A DNA stretch of 64,000 nucleotides from Trueperaceae bacterium (GTDB taxonomy: Bacteria > Deinococcota > Deinococci > Deinococcales > Trueperaceae): NCBI GenBank assembly GCA_034520945.1, contig JAXHNB010000010.1, positions 32,001 through 96,000 on the forward strand, read 5' to 3'. The translations under genes were made by a program, and so were the position numbers. Below the pieces are notes generated by a model. It ran no database searches and had not been told where the DNA came from. It saw nothing but the letters and a program-made list of their open reading frames with translations. Numbering within the stretch: the stretch's first letter is position 1; each line of letters begins with the position of its first letter. Below, piece by piece: positions 1-11,588 of this stretch.

Positions 1-509
1 ACGCGCACGCCCCCGAGGCCTACCGCACCCTGGACGCGTCACGGCGAGGGACCGTGCTGCACGCCGCCGGCCCGCGCGGGCACGACGACGTCGCGGTCCG
101 CGTGGACGACCTGGCCGCCTACCATGTGGTGCCGTTCGCCGATGCTACCCTCGCGTGGTCGGCCGCGGACCTCGCGATCACGCGGGCCGGGGTCGGCACG
201 TTGTCGGAGGCGGCGTACCACGGCGTGCCGTTGGTGATGGTGCCCCTCCCCAGCGCAGCCGAGGATCACCAGCGCCACAATGCCCGCGCCGTGCGCGACG
301 CCGGCGGGGGACGGATCGCCGAGCAGGGCGATCCGCAGGCGTTGTCGGTCGCATGGGCGGCTTTGCTCGACCCCGAGGCGCGCCATCTCGCCGCCGACGC
401 GATCGGCCGGCGCTCCCCGCGAGGGGCGGCCGCGCGGCTCCTCGCGGTCGTCGAGGGGGCCGCCGATCCCGCGCGCCCCGCGACGACGAGGCGGAAGGAC
501 ACCACATGA
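1..509 (+). CDS. murG: MurG glycosyltransferase, C-terminal part (5' truncated by window edge)
   Basis: Open frame from position 3; [15 protein letters not shown]...[15 protein letters not shown] matches the MurG C-terminal motifs; directly precedes murC. Confidence 0.92.
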   Translation, partial: AHAPEAYRTLDASRRGTVLHAAGPRGHDDVAVRVDDLAAYHVVPFADATLAWSAADLAITRAGVGTLSEAAYHGVPLVMVPLPSAAEDHQRHNARAVRDAGGGRIAEQGDPQALSVAWAALLDPEARHLAADAIGRRSPRGAAARLLAVVEGAADPARPATTRRKDTT

Positions 510-1894
510 GATCGCACCTTCACTTCATGGGCATCGGCGGAATCAGCATGAGTGGGCTGGCCCGCCACTACCGCGCCGCCGGACACGTCGTGTCCGGGTG
601 CGACGGGCAGCCCTCGGCCACCCTGGACGAGCTCGGCACGCTCGGCATTTCCGCCGCGATCGGTCACGACCCACGACACCTCGACGGCGTCGACGTCCTG
701 GTGACCAGCGCCGCGATCGCGGACGACGCCCCCGAGCGCAGTGCGGCCCAGGCGCGCGGCATCCCCGTGCGCCGCCGCATCGACCTGCTGGCCGAGATGT
801 TCGGCCGCTACCGGGCGTTGGGCGTGACCGGCACGCACGGCAAGAGCACCACCAGCGGCATGATCGCGACCGTGCTGCTGGCCGAATCGCGTGATCCGGC
901 CGTGCAGCTGGGCGCGACGCTGCCGGCGCTCGGTGGGGTGATGCGCTACGGCGAGGGGCCGCACCTCGTCGCCGAGGTGGACGAGTCCGATGCGGGGTTC
1001 GCCCAGCTGGTCGCCGACGTCGCCGTCGTCACCAACCTGGAGGACGACCACATCGCCGGCGATCACGGGGAGCGCCGCACCTACCACGCCAGCCTGGACG
1101 AGCTGGAGGCCGCCGTCGTCCGCTACGCGCGGCAGGCCCGCGTGCTGGTGTACTGCGGCGACTGGCCCGTCCTGGACGCTTTGTTGGCGGATCATCCCGC
1201 GCGGGTGCGGTACGGCGAAGCGGCGGACGCGGACTACCGCATCCGCGAGCTGACGCTGCAGCCGGCCGGAAGCCGCTTCGTCCTGGAGGCCCCGGACGGA
1301 GAACGGGCCGAGGTGCAGCTCCGCGTGCCCGGCCGCTACAACGCCCTGAACGCCACCGCGGCGCTGGCCGCCACGCACCGGGTCGGCGTGCCGTTGGCGT
1401 CCGCGGCGTCGGCGCTCGGCTCGTTCGAAGGCGTCGGCCGACGCTGGCAACGGTGGGGCGAGGTGGGCGGCGCGTTGATCATCGACGATTACGCGCATCA
1501 CCCCACCGAGGTGCGCGCCACCCTCGAGGCGGCCCGCGCCACCGGCCGCCGCGTGCGGGCCGTGCTGCAGCCGCACCGCTGGGTCCGCACCGCCCGCCAC
1601 TGGCGTGCATTGGCGGACGCCGCCGCCCTGGCCGACGAGGTGGTGGTGCTGGACGTGTACGGCGCCGGCGAGCAGGCCATCCCCGGCGTGTCCAGCGCGC
1701 ACATCGTGGCGCGCCTGCACGACGCGGGGTGCGATGCTACGCACCTCGACCTCCCCGCCGCCACCCGCTACCTGGGCGGAAGCCTTCGCCCCGGCGACCT
1801 GGTCATCACGCTCGGCGCCGGCGACGTGTGGCGCGTGGCGCAGGCCCTAATCACCCCCGCCGCCGTGTCGGCCGGCACGGGAGGGTCGCCGTGA
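506..1894 (+). CDS. murC: UDP-N-acetylmuramate--L-alanine ligase
   Basis: [44 protein letters not shown] motifs; ATG 506 overlaps murG stop (ATGA). Confidence 0.96.
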   Translation: MRSHLHFMGIGGISMSGLARHYRAAGHVVSGCDGQPSATLDELGTLGISAAIGHDPRHLDGVDVLVTSAAIADDAPERSAAQARGIPVRRRIDLLAEMFGRYRALGVTGTHGKSTTSGMIATVLLAESRDPAVQLGATLPALGGVMRYGEGPHLVAEVDESDAGFAQLVADVAVVTNLEDDHIAGDHGERRTYHASLDELEAAVVRYARQARVLVYCGDWPVLDALLADHPARVRYGEAADADYRIRELTLQPAGSRFVLEAPDGERAEVQLRVPGRYNALNATAALAATHRVGVPLASAASALGSFEGVGRRWQRWGEVGGALIIDDYAHHPTEVRATLEAARATGRRVRAVLQPHRWVRTARHWRALADAAALADEVVVLDVYGAGEQAIPGVSSAHIVARLHDAGCDATHLDLPAATRYLGGSLRPGDLVITLGAGDVWRVAQALITPAAVSAGTGGSP

Positions 1895-2781
1895 ACGGCG
1901 GAAGCGGGCCCCCCGCCGACGGCGGGGGCGCGGTGCGCCACGGCGTGCCCGGCGCCCGCGTCACCGTTCGACCGTTGGCGGGGCTGACCACGCTGCGGGT
2001 CGGCGGCCCCGCCGAGGTGTGGGAGGTCGACCGGGACGAGGCGGTGCGGGAGGCGACGCGGGCGCCGTTCCGCGTGATCGGGGCCGGCTCGAACCTGCTG
2101 GTGGCCGATGCGGGCGTGGACGACCGTGTGGTGAAGCTCGGCCGCGCCTACGACGACGTGCGGACGTTCGGCGAGAAGGCCGACGTCTGGTTGGGGGCCG
2201 CCACCCCCCTGCCGGGGTTGGTCCGCCGCGCCCAACGGGCGGGCCTGTCCGGCCTGGAGGGGCTGCTGGGCGTGCCGGCGGTCCTGGGAGGCGCCGTCGC
2301 CATGAACGCCGGCACCCGCTTCGGCGAACTGTCCGACGTGCTGCGCGAGGTCGAGCTCATGATCGACGGTCGCGTCGAACGCCTGCCGGCGGGGGCGTTG
2401 CGGCCGGCCTACCGCCGGGCCCACCTGCCCAGCGGCGCGGTGGTGCTGCGGGCCCGCCTGACGCTGACCCCCTCGACGCCGGAGGCGGTGGCGGAGGCGA
2501 TGCGGCGCGTCGACGCCGCCCGCGAGGGCCAACCGAAGATCAAGTCGGCCGGCTGCGCCTTCAAGAACCCCCCCGGCGACAGCGCCGGACGCATCATCGA
2601 CGCGGCCGGGCTGAAGGGCCTGCGCGTGGGGGACGCCATGGTGGCGTTCGAACACGGCAACTTCATCGTCAACCTGGGCCGCGCCCGCGCCGAGGACGTG
2701 CGCGCCTTGCTGGACGAGGTGCGCGCCCGGGCCGGCGTCCCCCTCGAGCTGGAGTGGCGTTCGTGGGGATGGGAGGGGTGA
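1891..2781 (+). CDS. murB: UDP-N-acetylenolpyruvoylglucosamine reductase
   Basis: TTLRVGGPA, GAGSNLL, GGAVAMNAG, SAGCAFKNP, HGNFIVN motifs; GTG overlaps murC stop (GTGA). Confidence 0.95.
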   Translation: MNGGSGPPADGGGAVRHGVPGARVTVRPLAGLTTLRVGGPAEVWEVDRDEAVREATRAPFRVIGAGSNLLVADAGVDDRVVKLGRAYDDVRTFGEKADVWLGAATPLPGLVRRAQRAGLSGLEGLLGVPAVLGGAVAMNAGTRFGELSDVLREVELMIDGRVERLPAGALRPAYRRAHLPSGAVVLRARLTLTPSTPEAVAEAMRRVDAAREGQPKIKSAGCAFKNPPGDSAGRIIDAAGLKGLRVGDAMVAFEHGNFIVNLGRARAEDVRALLDEVRARAGVPLELEWRSWGWEG

Positions 2782-2785
2782 GCCG

Positions 2786-3397
2786 GTGCGCCGGGTGTTG
2801 ATCGTGCTGTGGTCGGTGGTGCTGGTGGCCTTGATCGTCACGCGGTTCTGGCCCAGCATCGAGCGGGTCGAGGTGATCGGCGGCCCGCACCACGACGCCG
2901 AAGCCGTCCGGCAACTGGCGCGCGTCGCGCCCGGCGATCCGCTGCTGTGGGTCACTCGGTGGCGGGTGCGGGACCTTTCGAACGACCCGTGGGTGCGTCG
3001 GGCGCGGGTGATCCGGCATTGGCCCGACGCGGTGGCGATCCGCGTGTGGGAGCGTGAGCCGCTGGCGCGCAGCGGCCCGGGCGAGGACGCGCACGTGTGG
3101 GCGAAGGACGGCACCCGCCTGCCTGGCGCGAGGCCGGAGGAACGCGCCGATCTGCCCGTCCTGGAGGGGTGGGGTGGCGATCGCAGCGAGGAGGCGCTGA
3201 GGCTGCTTCGCCTCCTCACGGACAGGGAACCGGAGGTGGTACAGTACTCGCCGGAAGGCTTCGAGATCACGCTTTCCGACACGGTCCTCTTCACACCCGA
3301 CCTCGCGGCGATGCGACGTCAATGGGCCGCCGTCGAGAGCCACCGAGGGGGACGGTTGGCCGTCTACCCGTGGGGAGTGAGTAAGGCGAATGAGTGA
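2786..3397 (+). CDS. ftsQ: Cell division protein FtsQ/DivIB (short form)
   Basis: N-terminal TM helix then POTRA-like DPWVRRARVIRHWPDAVAIRVWEREP; located between murB and ftsA. Confidence 0.85.
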   Translation: MRRVLIVLWSVVLVALIVTRFWPSIERVEVIGGPHHDAEAVRQLARVAPGDPLLWVTRWRVRDLSNDPWVRRARVIRHWPDAVAIRVWEREPLARSGPGEDAHVWAKDGTRLPGARPEERADLPVLEGWGGDRSEEALRLLRLLTDREPEVVQYSPEGFEITLSDTVLFTPDLAAMRRQWAAVESHRGGRLAVYPWGVSKANE

Positions 3398-4622
3398 CGA
3401 ACGCATCATCGTGGGTCTGGACATCGGCACCACCAAGATCTGCACGGTCATCGGCGAAGTGCCGGGCGACGGCGTGCTGGACGTCATCGGCGAGGGAACC
3501 GTCGCCAGCGACGGAATCCGCAAGGGTGTGGTCGTGAACCTGGAGCGCACCATCGAGTCGGTGCGCCAGTCGATATCCGCTGCCGAGCGGGTCGCCGGGG
3601 TCACCGTCGAGTCCGCCTGGCTGGGCGTCGCCGGGAACCACCTGCGCGCGTTCACGAGCCACGGGATGGCCGCCATCCGACGCGGGCAGGAGGTCACCCG
3701 AAACGACCTGGAGCGCACCATCGAGAACGCCCGCGCCGTGCCTCTGGAAAGCCACATGGACGTCCTGCACGTCATTCCACAGGAGTACGTGGTCGACGGC
3801 AACGACGGCATCAAAGACCCTGTCGGCATGTCCGGCGTGCGGCTCGAGGTGGACGTGCACATCGTGGCCGGGGCGCAAGGGCCGCTGGCCAACCTCAGGC
3901 GCTGCGCCGAGGACGCCGGCATCGCCGTCGACGGCATGGTGATCCAGGGGCTCGCCTCTGGCCTGGCGGTGCTGAACCGCAACGAACAGGACCTCACCAC
4001 GCTGTTGATCGACATCGGCGGCGGCACCACCGACGTCGGGGTGTTCCGGCGGGGCGTGCTGGCCCACTCGGCCGTGATCCCGTTGGGCGGCGATCACGTC
4101 ACGCAGGACATCAGCCAGTTGCTGCGCATCCCCCCCGACGAGGCCGAGCGCGTGAAGCGCCGCCACGGCGTGGCGCAACCGGAGCTGGCCGACCGCGAGG
4201 TGGTCCTCGAGGTCACCAACCCCAGTTACACCGCCAGCATCTCCACCTTCGAACTGGCGCAGGTCATCAAGCCACGTGCGATGGAGATCCTCGACCTCGT
4301 CAAGCGCAACATCGAGCAACGCATGGGCGCCCTCGAGCTCAGCGCCGGCAACGTCGTCCTCACCGGCGGCGCCAGCCTGATGCCGGGCCTCGAGGCGCTC
4401 GCGGCCGAACGGTTCCGCCTGCCGGTCCGCACCGGCCGTCCGGCCGGTGTGTCCGGACTCACCGACGTGGTGGCCGGGCCCGCCCACGCCACCGCGGTAG
4501 GGTTGGTGCGGTACGGCATGCAGCATGCCTCCCACGCACCGGCCACGCCGGCGGGTCGCGGGCAGGGCGAGGGAAACCCCGTGCTTCGCCGCGTCCGCGA
4601 CATCCTCAGGGACTTCTTCTGA
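3390..4622 (+). CDS. ftsA: Cell division protein FtsA
   Basis: VGLDIGTTKI, IDIGGGTTD, VVLTGGAS actin-fold motifs; C-terminal amphipathic helix (VRDILRDFF). Confidence 0.97.
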   Translation: MSDERIIVGLDIGTTKICTVIGEVPGDGVLDVIGEGTVASDGIRKGVVVNLERTIESVRQSISAAERVAGVTVESAWLGVAGNHLRAFTSHGMAAIRRGQEVTRNDLERTIENARAVPLESHMDVLHVIPQEYVVDGNDGIKDPVGMSGVRLEVDVHIVAGAQGPLANLRRCAEDAGIAVDGMVIQGLASGLAVLNRNEQDLTTLLIDIGGGTTDVGVFRRGVLAHSAVIPLGGDHVTQDISQLLRIPPDEAERVKRRHGVAQPELADREVVLEVTNPSYTASISTFELAQVIKPRAMEILDLVKRNIEQRMGALELSAGNVVLTGGASLMPGLEALAAERFRLPVRTGRPAGVSGLTDVVAGPAHATAVGLVRYGMQHASHAPATPAGRGQGEGNPVLRRVRDILRDFF

Positions 4623-4683
4623 TTCCGAGGCGCCCCCCTCGTTCGATCGACTCTCACCGCCGAGACCCGGCCTGGAGGCTCCC

Positions 4684-5745
<1,062 letters not shown>

Positions 5746-5764
5746 GCGGCGGGAGGCCCCGGCG

Positions 5765-6319
5765 ATGAGTCCCGGTGGAGACGGGCCCGAGGCGCCCGAC
5801 GTCGGCGGGCCGCAGGCGGAGCGCCACCGCGAGACGATCTGGACCGGCCGGATCGTCACGCTGGAGGTACTGGACGGCCGCTACGAGGTGGCGCGGCACG
5901 CCAACGCCGTGTCGGTGCTGGCCACCCGGCCCAGCGGCGAGGTGCTGGGCGTGATCCAGGACCGCCCGGCGATCGGCCGCGAGGCGTGGGAGTTGCCCGC
6001 CGGCCTGATCGAGCCGGGCGAGGAACCCGCCCGCGCCGCCGAGCGAGAGCTGCGCGAGGAGACCCAGTTCACCGCGAATCTCACCTTCGTGACGCGCATG
6101 TTCGTCAGTCCCGGCTTCACGGACGAGGAGGTCGTGCTGTACCAGGCGGGCCCGCTGACGCCGGCGGCCGGCCAACCCGACGAGGGCGAGGAGCTGCGCG
6201 TCGTCTGGCGCGAACCCCGTGAGGTCTGGCGCGAGGTGGCGGCGGGACGCACCGCCACCAGCGCCGTGACGCTGCTGGGTCTGCGTCACCTGCTGGCCGG
6301 GCGTGGGGAGACCCCGTGA
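5765..6319 (+). CDS. NUDIX hydrolase (ADP-ribose pyrophosphatase-like)
   Basis: ELPAGLIEPGEEPARAAERELREET Nudix box; SPGFTDE. Confidence 0.9.
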   Translation: MSPGGDGPEAPDVGGPQAERHRETIWTGRIVTLEVLDGRYEVARHANAVSVLATRPSGEVLGVIQDRPAIGREAWELPAGLIEPGEEPARAAERELREETQFTANLTFVTRMFVSPGFTDEEVVLYQAGPLTPAAGQPDEGEELRVVWREPREVWREVAAGRTATSAVTLLGLRHLLAGRGETP

Positions 6320-7266
6320 GGGTGGAGCGCGAGGTGCGCGCCCTGGCCTTGGACCGGCCGGTGTTGGCCATCGGCGCGTTCGACGGCGTGCACCTGGGGC
6401 ACCGCGCGCTGCTGGCCCGCATGCGGCGCCTGGCCCATGACGAGGGGCGACCCTCCGCGGTGGTGACGTTCTTCCCGCCCGGCAAGGTCCTGTTCCAGGG
6501 CGTGCCGTTCCTCGCGTCGGAGGCCGAGAAGCTGCAGTTGCTCGGCACGTACGCGCCGGAGGCGGTCGCGATGATCCCCTTCACCCGCGCCTACGCCCGC
6601 ACCGACCCGGCCACCTTCCTGGGCGAGCTGGCCTCCCTCCACCCGAGCGCCATCGTGGTGGGCGAGGACTTCCGCTTCGGCCGAGACCGGGCGGGCGGGC
6701 TGGACGACCTGCAGCACGTGCCCGAGCGAATGGAGGTGTTCCGCCTGCTGCTGGACGGCGAGGAGCCGATCAAGAGCTCCCGCATCCGCGACCTGCTGGC
6801 GGCGGGCGACATGACGGAGGCGGAACGCCTGCTGGGCGCGCCCTACCGGGCGCACGGGCGGGTGGTGGCGGGCGACCGGCGTGGACGCGAGATCGGCGTG
6901 CCGACCGCCAACGTCGCCGTGCCCGAAGGGAAGGCGATGCCGCACGGCGTGTTCGCCGTCCGGGTCGACACGCCGCAGGGCCGGTACGACGGCATGGCCA
7001 ACGTGGGACCGCGCCCCAGCTTCCCCGAAGGCGCCCCCAGCCTCGAAGCGAACCTGTTCGACTTCGCCGGCGACCTGTACGACCAGGAGGTGACGGTGCA
7101 CTTCCTGGCCCGCCTCCGCGGGCAGCGGCGCTTCGACGGCGTGGACGACCTCACGCGGCAACTGGCGCTGGACCGCGAGGCGGCCCAGGCGGCGTTGGCC
7201 GGCCGGGGCGACGCAGGCGCAGGCGCGTCCGGCAGCCCCGGCGCCGACGAGGCGGCGGAGGCCTGA
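6316..7266 (+). CDS. ribF: Bifunctional riboflavin kinase/FAD synthetase
   Basis: IGAFDGVHLGH, VGEDFRFG, SSRIR, GREIGVPTAN, NVGPRPSF motifs. Confidence 0.95.
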   Translation: MRVEREVRALALDRPVLAIGAFDGVHLGHRALLARMRRLAHDEGRPSAVVTFFPPGKVLFQGVPFLASEAEKLQLLGTYAPEAVAMIPFTRAYARTDPATFLGELASLHPSAIVVGEDFRFGRDRAGGLDDLQHVPERMEVFRLLLDGEEPIKSSRIRDLLAAGDMTEAERLLGAPYRAHGRVVAGDRRGREIGVPTANVAVPEGKAMPHGVFAVRVDTPQGRYDGMANVGPRPSFPEGAPSLEANLFDFAGDLYDQEVTVHFLARLRGQRRFDGVDDLTRQLALDREAAQAALAGRGDAGAGASGSPGADEAAEA

Positions 7267-7268
7267 GC

Positions 7269-8003
7269 GTGTGGATCTACGGGCACAACCCGGTCCTGGA
7301 AGCCCTCCGCCAACAGGAGGTCCACCAGGTCCTCGTCGCCGACGGCGTCAAGGCGGGCCGCATGCGCGAACTGAGCAAGGCCGCGCGGCAGGCCGGCGTG
7401 GCGACCCGGACCGTCCCCAGGATCGAGCTGGACCGGGCGCTGGGCACGACGGCGCACCAGGGGGTGGCGGCGGAGCTGCCCGAGCTGCACTACGCCGACC
7501 TGGAGGACGCCTTCGCGCGCGCCGACGCCCGCCAGGAGCCGCCGTTGCTGTTGCTGTTGGACCAGGTGCAGGACCCCCGCAACTACGGGGCGATCATCCG
7601 TAGCGCCGAAGTGCTGGGCGCACACGGCGTCGTCACCGAATCGCGCCGCAGCGCGCCCCTCAGCGCGGTCGTGTCCAAGACCTCCGCCGGCGCCGCCAGC
7701 CACCTGCCGCTGATCCAGGTCGCCAACCTCGCCAACCTGCTCCGTTCGCTGAAGGAGCGCGGGGTGTGGGTGTACGGCGCCGACGCCGCGGGCGCGTCGC
7801 GGCCCGAGGAGGTGGACTGGGACCGCCCGGTCGCGCTGGTGATCGGCTCGGAGGGGACCGGCCTGCGCCGCCTCACCAAAGCGTCGTGCGACGAGCTCGT
7901 CCGCATCCCCACCCACGGCACGGTCGCCTCGCTGAACGCCTCGGTCGCGACGGGCGTGCTGCTGTACGCCGTACGGATCGGCCGCGGCCCGGCCCGATCC
8001 TGA
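7269..8003 (+). CDS. rlmB: 23S rRNA 2'-O-methyltransferase RlmB (TrmH/SpoU family)
   Basis: IYGHNPV, HQGV, LDQVQDPRNYGAIIRSA, IGSEGTG, SLNASVA SPOUT motifs. Confidence 0.92.
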   Translation: MWIYGHNPVLEALRQQEVHQVLVADGVKAGRMRELSKAARQAGVATRTVPRIELDRALGTTAHQGVAAELPELHYADLEDAFARADARQEPPLLLLLDQVQDPRNYGAIIRSAEVLGAHGVVTESRRSAPLSAVVSKTSAGAASHLPLIQVANLANLLRSLKERGVWVYGADAAGASRPEEVDWDRPVALVIGSEGTGLRRLTKASCDELVRIPTHGTVASLNASVATGVLLYAVRIGRGPARS

Positions 8004-8012
8004 CGCACGCCC

Positions 8013-8057
8013 GCCCTTCACGCGCGAGCCCTTCACGCGCCAGCCCGACCCGCGCGA
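8013..8057. repeat. Degenerate 15-bp tandem repeat, 3 copies
   Basis: GCCCTTCACGCGCGA / GCCCTTCACGCGCCA / GCCCGACCCGCGCGA in the rlmB-peptidase spacer. Confidence 0.6.
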
Positions 8058-8121
8058 ACCCGGGCCACGCCCGGCGCTCCGCGCGTCCATCGATCCCCCC
8101 GACCCCGAAGGAGCCCGGCCC

Positions 8122-10110
8122 ATGCCCACCCGCCTCTCACGCCTGACCTCCCACCACCTCCAGGACCTGGTGTTCCTGTCCGACCCCAGGCTCACGGCGG
8201 ACGGGCAGCGCGGCTTCTGCGTTCGCACGCGCGTGCAGGTGCGCGAAGACGGACCGCCCCGCTACCACGCGGAGGTGTGCGAGGTGGACCTGACCGGCGA
8301 CGATCCACCGAACGCGCTGCGCGCCCTCACCACCGGGCGGCACGACGCCGACCATCCCCGGCCCTCCCCCGACGGCACGCGCCTGGCCTTCCTGGCCAAG
8401 CGCGCCGAGGAAGGCGAACGGCAGGTGCACATCCTGGACCTGGCGCGCGGCGGCGAGGCGCACGCGGTGACGACGCTCGCCTCGGGCGCCGGCGCGTTCG
8501 CGTGGCGCCCGGACGGCCGCGCCCTGGTGGTGCTGGGCTCCGACGCGCCGCCCGCGCCGGAGGGGGAGGTGGTGGTGGCCCGGACGGTGGCGCGGCTGCA
8601 CGCCAAGGAGGACGGCCTGCCCGCTCCGGGGATCCGGACCGCCCCGGCGCGCCAGGCCTGGTTCGTCGATCCCGAGCGGGGGCGGACGCGGGTGCTCACC
8701 GACCTGCCGGACGGCGTCACCGACGCGGCGTGGGCGCCCGATGGCCGAACGTTGTGGCTATTGGCGGCCGACAGCGTCGAGGAGGCCGACGATTGGTACG
8801 CCCGCCTATGGCGGGTGGGGGTCGGGGCGCGCGGCAACGTGACGCGGGCCCCCCGCGCGGTGACGGGCCCGCTGCTGCGCCCCGCCTCGCTGGCGGTGGC
8901 GCCGGACGGGACGGCCGTGTACTGGCTGGGCCCCAACGACCCGGAGCAGCTGGCCTCCCCCACCGGCGCGTGGCGCGTGCCGGCGGCGGGCGGCACGCCC
9001 ACGCTGTGCAGCGGCGCGCACGACGTCTCCCCCGCCGTAGGGGGCGACGCCCGGCACGGCCGCTACCCGGCCGGGCCCGTGGCGACCGGCGACGGCCTGA
9101 TGGTGATCCAGCACCGCGAGGGCGCGTCGGTGCCCGCCCTGCTGACACCGAACGGCGAGCTGCACACACGCCTTCCGGGCGAGCGCGCCACCACCGCGTT
9201 CGCGCACGCCGCCGGCCGCACCCTGTGCGTGGTCGAGACGCCCACCCGACCGGGGGAACTGACGCTGATCGAGCCGGACGGGTCGCACGGGAGCGTCAGC
9301 GCGGAGAACGCCGACGCGGCCCGCCGCTTCGCGCGGTCCACGTTCGAGGGGCCGTACGTATCGCCGGAGGACGCGGGCGGCGCGGCGTGGTGGCGCCTGT
9401 TGCCGGCCAAACCGCGACGCGACCACGCCCTCGTGGTGCAGGTGCACGGCGGGCCGCACACCAGCGCTGGGTACGGCTTCTCGTTCGAGCATCACCTGTT
9501 GGCGGCGCGCGGCTACACGGTGGTGATCCAGAACCCGCGCGGCAGCGCCAGCTACGGCGCAGCGCACGCCCTGCAGGTGCTGGGCGCGTACGGAGGCGGG
9601 GACGCCGACGACGTACTCGGCGTGGTCGACGCGGCGCTGTCCGCGCACGCGGACCCGGCCGCGCCGGTGCACCTGGCGGGCGGCAGCTACGGCGGGTTCA
9701 TGACCAACTGGCTGGTCGGTCGGACCGACCGCTTCCGCAGCGCCGTGACGCAACGCTCGATCTGCAACTGGATTTCGTTCTACGGCACCAGCGACATCGG
9801 GTACCGCTTCGCCGAGTACGAAGTGGCCGGGACGCCCTGGGCCGACCTCGGCCGGTTGTGGGACCAGAGCCCCCTGAAGCACGTCGCCAACGTGACGACG
9901 CCGACGCTGGTGCTGCACGCCGAGGCCGACCATCGCTGCCCGATCGAGCAGGCCGAGCAGTGGTTCACGGCGCTGAAGCGACTCGGCCGGGCCGACACCA
10001 AGCTGGTGCGCTTCCCCGACGAGGGGCACGAACTGTCCCGCTCGGGCCGGCCGGACCGCCGCATGCGGCGCCTGGACGAGATCGTCGGCTGGTTCGAGGG
10101 GCACGCCTGA
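8122..10110 (+). CDS. S9 family (acylaminoacyl/prolyl oligo-) peptidase
   Basis: Beta-propeller repeats (SPDG), VHGGPH, GGSYGG nucleophile, DHRCP, EGHELSRSG; AAGGAG RBS. Confidence 0.93.
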   Translation: MPTRLSRLTSHHLQDLVFLSDPRLTADGQRGFCVRTRVQVREDGPPRYHAEVCEVDLTGDDPPNALRALTTGRHDADHPRPSPDGTRLAFLAKRAEEGERQVHILDLARGGEAHAVTTLASGAGAFAWRPDGRALVVLGSDAPPAPEGEVVVARTVARLHAKEDGLPAPGIRTAPARQAWFVDPERGRTRVLTDLPDGVTDAAWAPDGRTLWLLAADSVEEADDWYARLWRVGVGARGNVTRAPRAVTGPLLRPASLAVAPDGTAVYWLGPNDPEQLASPTGAWRVPAAGGTPTLCSGAHDVSPAVGGDARHGRYPAGPVATGDGLMVIQHREGASVPALLTPNGELHTRLPGERATTAFAHAAGRTLCVVETPTRPGELTLIEPDGSHGSVSAENADAARRFARSTFEGPYVSPEDAGGAAWWRLLPAKPRRDHALVVQVHGGPHTSAGYGFSFEHHLLAARGYTVVIQNPRGSASYGAAHALQVLGAYGGGDADDVLGVVDAALSAHADPAAPVHLAGGSYGGFMTNWLVGRTDRFRSAVTQRSICNWISFYGTSDIGYRFAEYEVAGTPWADLGRLWDQSPLKHVANVTTPTLVLHAEADHRCPIEQAEQWFTALKRLGRADTKLVRFPDEGHELSRSGRPDRRMRRLDEIVGWFEGHA

Positions 10111-10137
10111 GCGTTCCTGCGCTCGGTGCGCGCCGCG

Positions 10138-10572
10138 TCAGGCGTCCCCCTCTGCTTGGTCGGTGAGGGTCGCCGTGACGCGCCGCGCGCCGCCGTGCTC
10201 GCGCAGTTCCGCCAGCGCGATCCCCTGCCAGGTGCCCAGCGCCAAGCGGCCGTCGCCGATGGGCAATAGCAGCGACACGCCGAACAGGGCGCTGCCGACG
10301 TGCGCCGGCATGTCGTCCGGCCCTTCCAGCGTGTGCCGGAAGCCCGACCACCCATCCGGCACGGCATGGCGCAGCCAGCGGTCCAGGTCGCGCCGCACCT
10401 CGGGCGAGGCGTTCTCCGTCAACGTCAAGCCGGCGGAGGTGTGGCGCAGGAACAGGTGCAGCAGGCCGACCTTCACGCCGTTCAGGTCGACCCCGCGCAG
10501 GATCTCGTCGGTGATCAGGTGCACCCCGCGCGGGCGGGGGGCGAGGGTGAGGTCGCTGCGTACCATGCGCAT
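10138..10572 (-). CDS. yjbQ: YjbQ/UPF0047 family protein
   Basis: HTSAGLTLTENA, EGPDDMPAH, LGTWQGI motifs. Confidence 0.92.
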   Translation of the reverse strand: MRMVRSDLTLAPRPRGVHLITDEILRGVDLNGVKVGLLHLFLRHTSAGLTLTENASPEVRRDLDRWLRHAVPDGWSGFRHTLEGPDDMPAHVGSALFGVSLLLPIGDGRLALGTWQGIALAELREHGGARRVTATLTDQAEGDA

Positions 10573-10618
10573 GGGCCGAGGGTAGCGCAGTCACGGGCGG
10601 ACCCGGCAGGAACCCTGC

Positions 10619-11494
10619 TCACGGGCCGGCGGCCAGGATGCGGGCCAGCGCCGCCCGCCCGGCCGCCTCCAACGCCGCGTCGGCGTGCCGTGCCGCCCAC
10701 ACCACCGTGCCGGTGGCCTCCAGCAGCATCGGGCCGTCCATGTCGGCCGGCGCGGTGCGGGCGGGGCCGCCGCCCGCGCGGTAGCCGGCGAGGAAGGCAT
10801 TCCGAAGGTCCGGCCGGTCCATCCACGTGAAGGCGGCCAGGCGCGCCAGGTCGGCCTCGGGCAGGTCCGGGCGGGCGTGCTCGAAGTCGATGACGCCGGA
10901 CAAGGCGTCGCCTTCGACCATCCAGTTGCGGGGCCCGAAGTCACGGTGGCACGGCCCGCGCCCCCGCCCGCGCACGCGGGGCAGCCAAGCGTCCAGGCGG
11001 GCGCGGACGCGCCGCGACGCGGTGGGGTCCAACGCCCCCTGCGCCCGTCGCAGCCAGGCGTCGGCCCGGCGGGCGTACGCCTCGTCCACCGCGGTGGCGT
11101 CGGGGTCCTCGAACCCAAGGCGGTGCAGGCGGGCCAGCCAGGCCCCGGCCTGACGGTGGACGCGCGCCGAGGCGTGACCGGTACCCCCGCCGGCTGGGGC
11201 GCCGGGAAGCTCGTCCAGCAGCAGCGCGGCGGGGGCGGCGTCGTGGACGCCCCACAGCCGGGCGGTCCACGGCGACAGGTGCGGTGCCCAGTCCAGGTAG
11301 GCCCTGCGTTCGCGCTGGAACGCGGCACGACCGCCGGGCACCTTCAGCACCGCCGCCGCACCCGAGCGCGCACGTACGCGCCACACCCGCGCGCCGCGGC
11401 GTTCGGACAGGGCGCGGGCTTCGGCGAGGGGCGCGGCGAGCACCGACTCGACGAAGCGCGTCAGCTCGGCGCCAGGGCACGCGGCGTCATCCAT
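10619..11494 (-). CDS. Aminoglycoside phosphotransferase/choline-kinase-like protein
   Basis: VLK, HRDFGPRNW (Brenner motif), GVIDFEHA; start placed at ATG 11494 because the longer ORF overlaps rpsO. Confidence 0.8.
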   Translation of the reverse strand: MDDAACPGAELTRFVESVLAAPLAEARALSERRGARVWRVRARSGAAAVLKVPGGRAAFQRERRAYLDWAPHLSPWTARLWGVHDAAPAALLLDELPGAPAGGGTGHASARVHRQAGAWLARLHRLGFEDPDATAVDEAYARRADAWLRRAQGALDPTASRRVRARLDAWLPRVRGRGRGPCHRDFGPRNWMVEGDALSGVIDFEHARPDLPEADLARLAAFTWMDRPDLRNAFLAGYRAGGGPARTAPADMDGPMLLEATGTVVWAARHADAALEAAGRAALARILAAGP

Positions 11495-11500
11495 AGGGTG

Positions 11501-11509
11501 TGCTAGACT
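11501..11509 (+). promoter_or_regulatory. Extended -10 promoter element for rpsO
   Basis: TG-C-TAGACT about 80 nt upstream of the rpsO start. Confidence 0.55.
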
Positions 11510-11588
11510 ACCCGGTCGAATGGCGCGGCCGAGATCGAGCCTCTCACCCTGATCCGGCCGGGTCGACGAATCTGAAGGGAGTCCCCAC

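Noticed and set aside
2781..2786. Absence of ddl between murB and ftsQ
   Set aside because: ddl is often located outside the dcw cluster; not unusual
10619..11494. Aminoglycoside resistance gene
   Set aside because: Only generic APH/choline-kinase fold motifs, in a core chromosomal position with no mobile context
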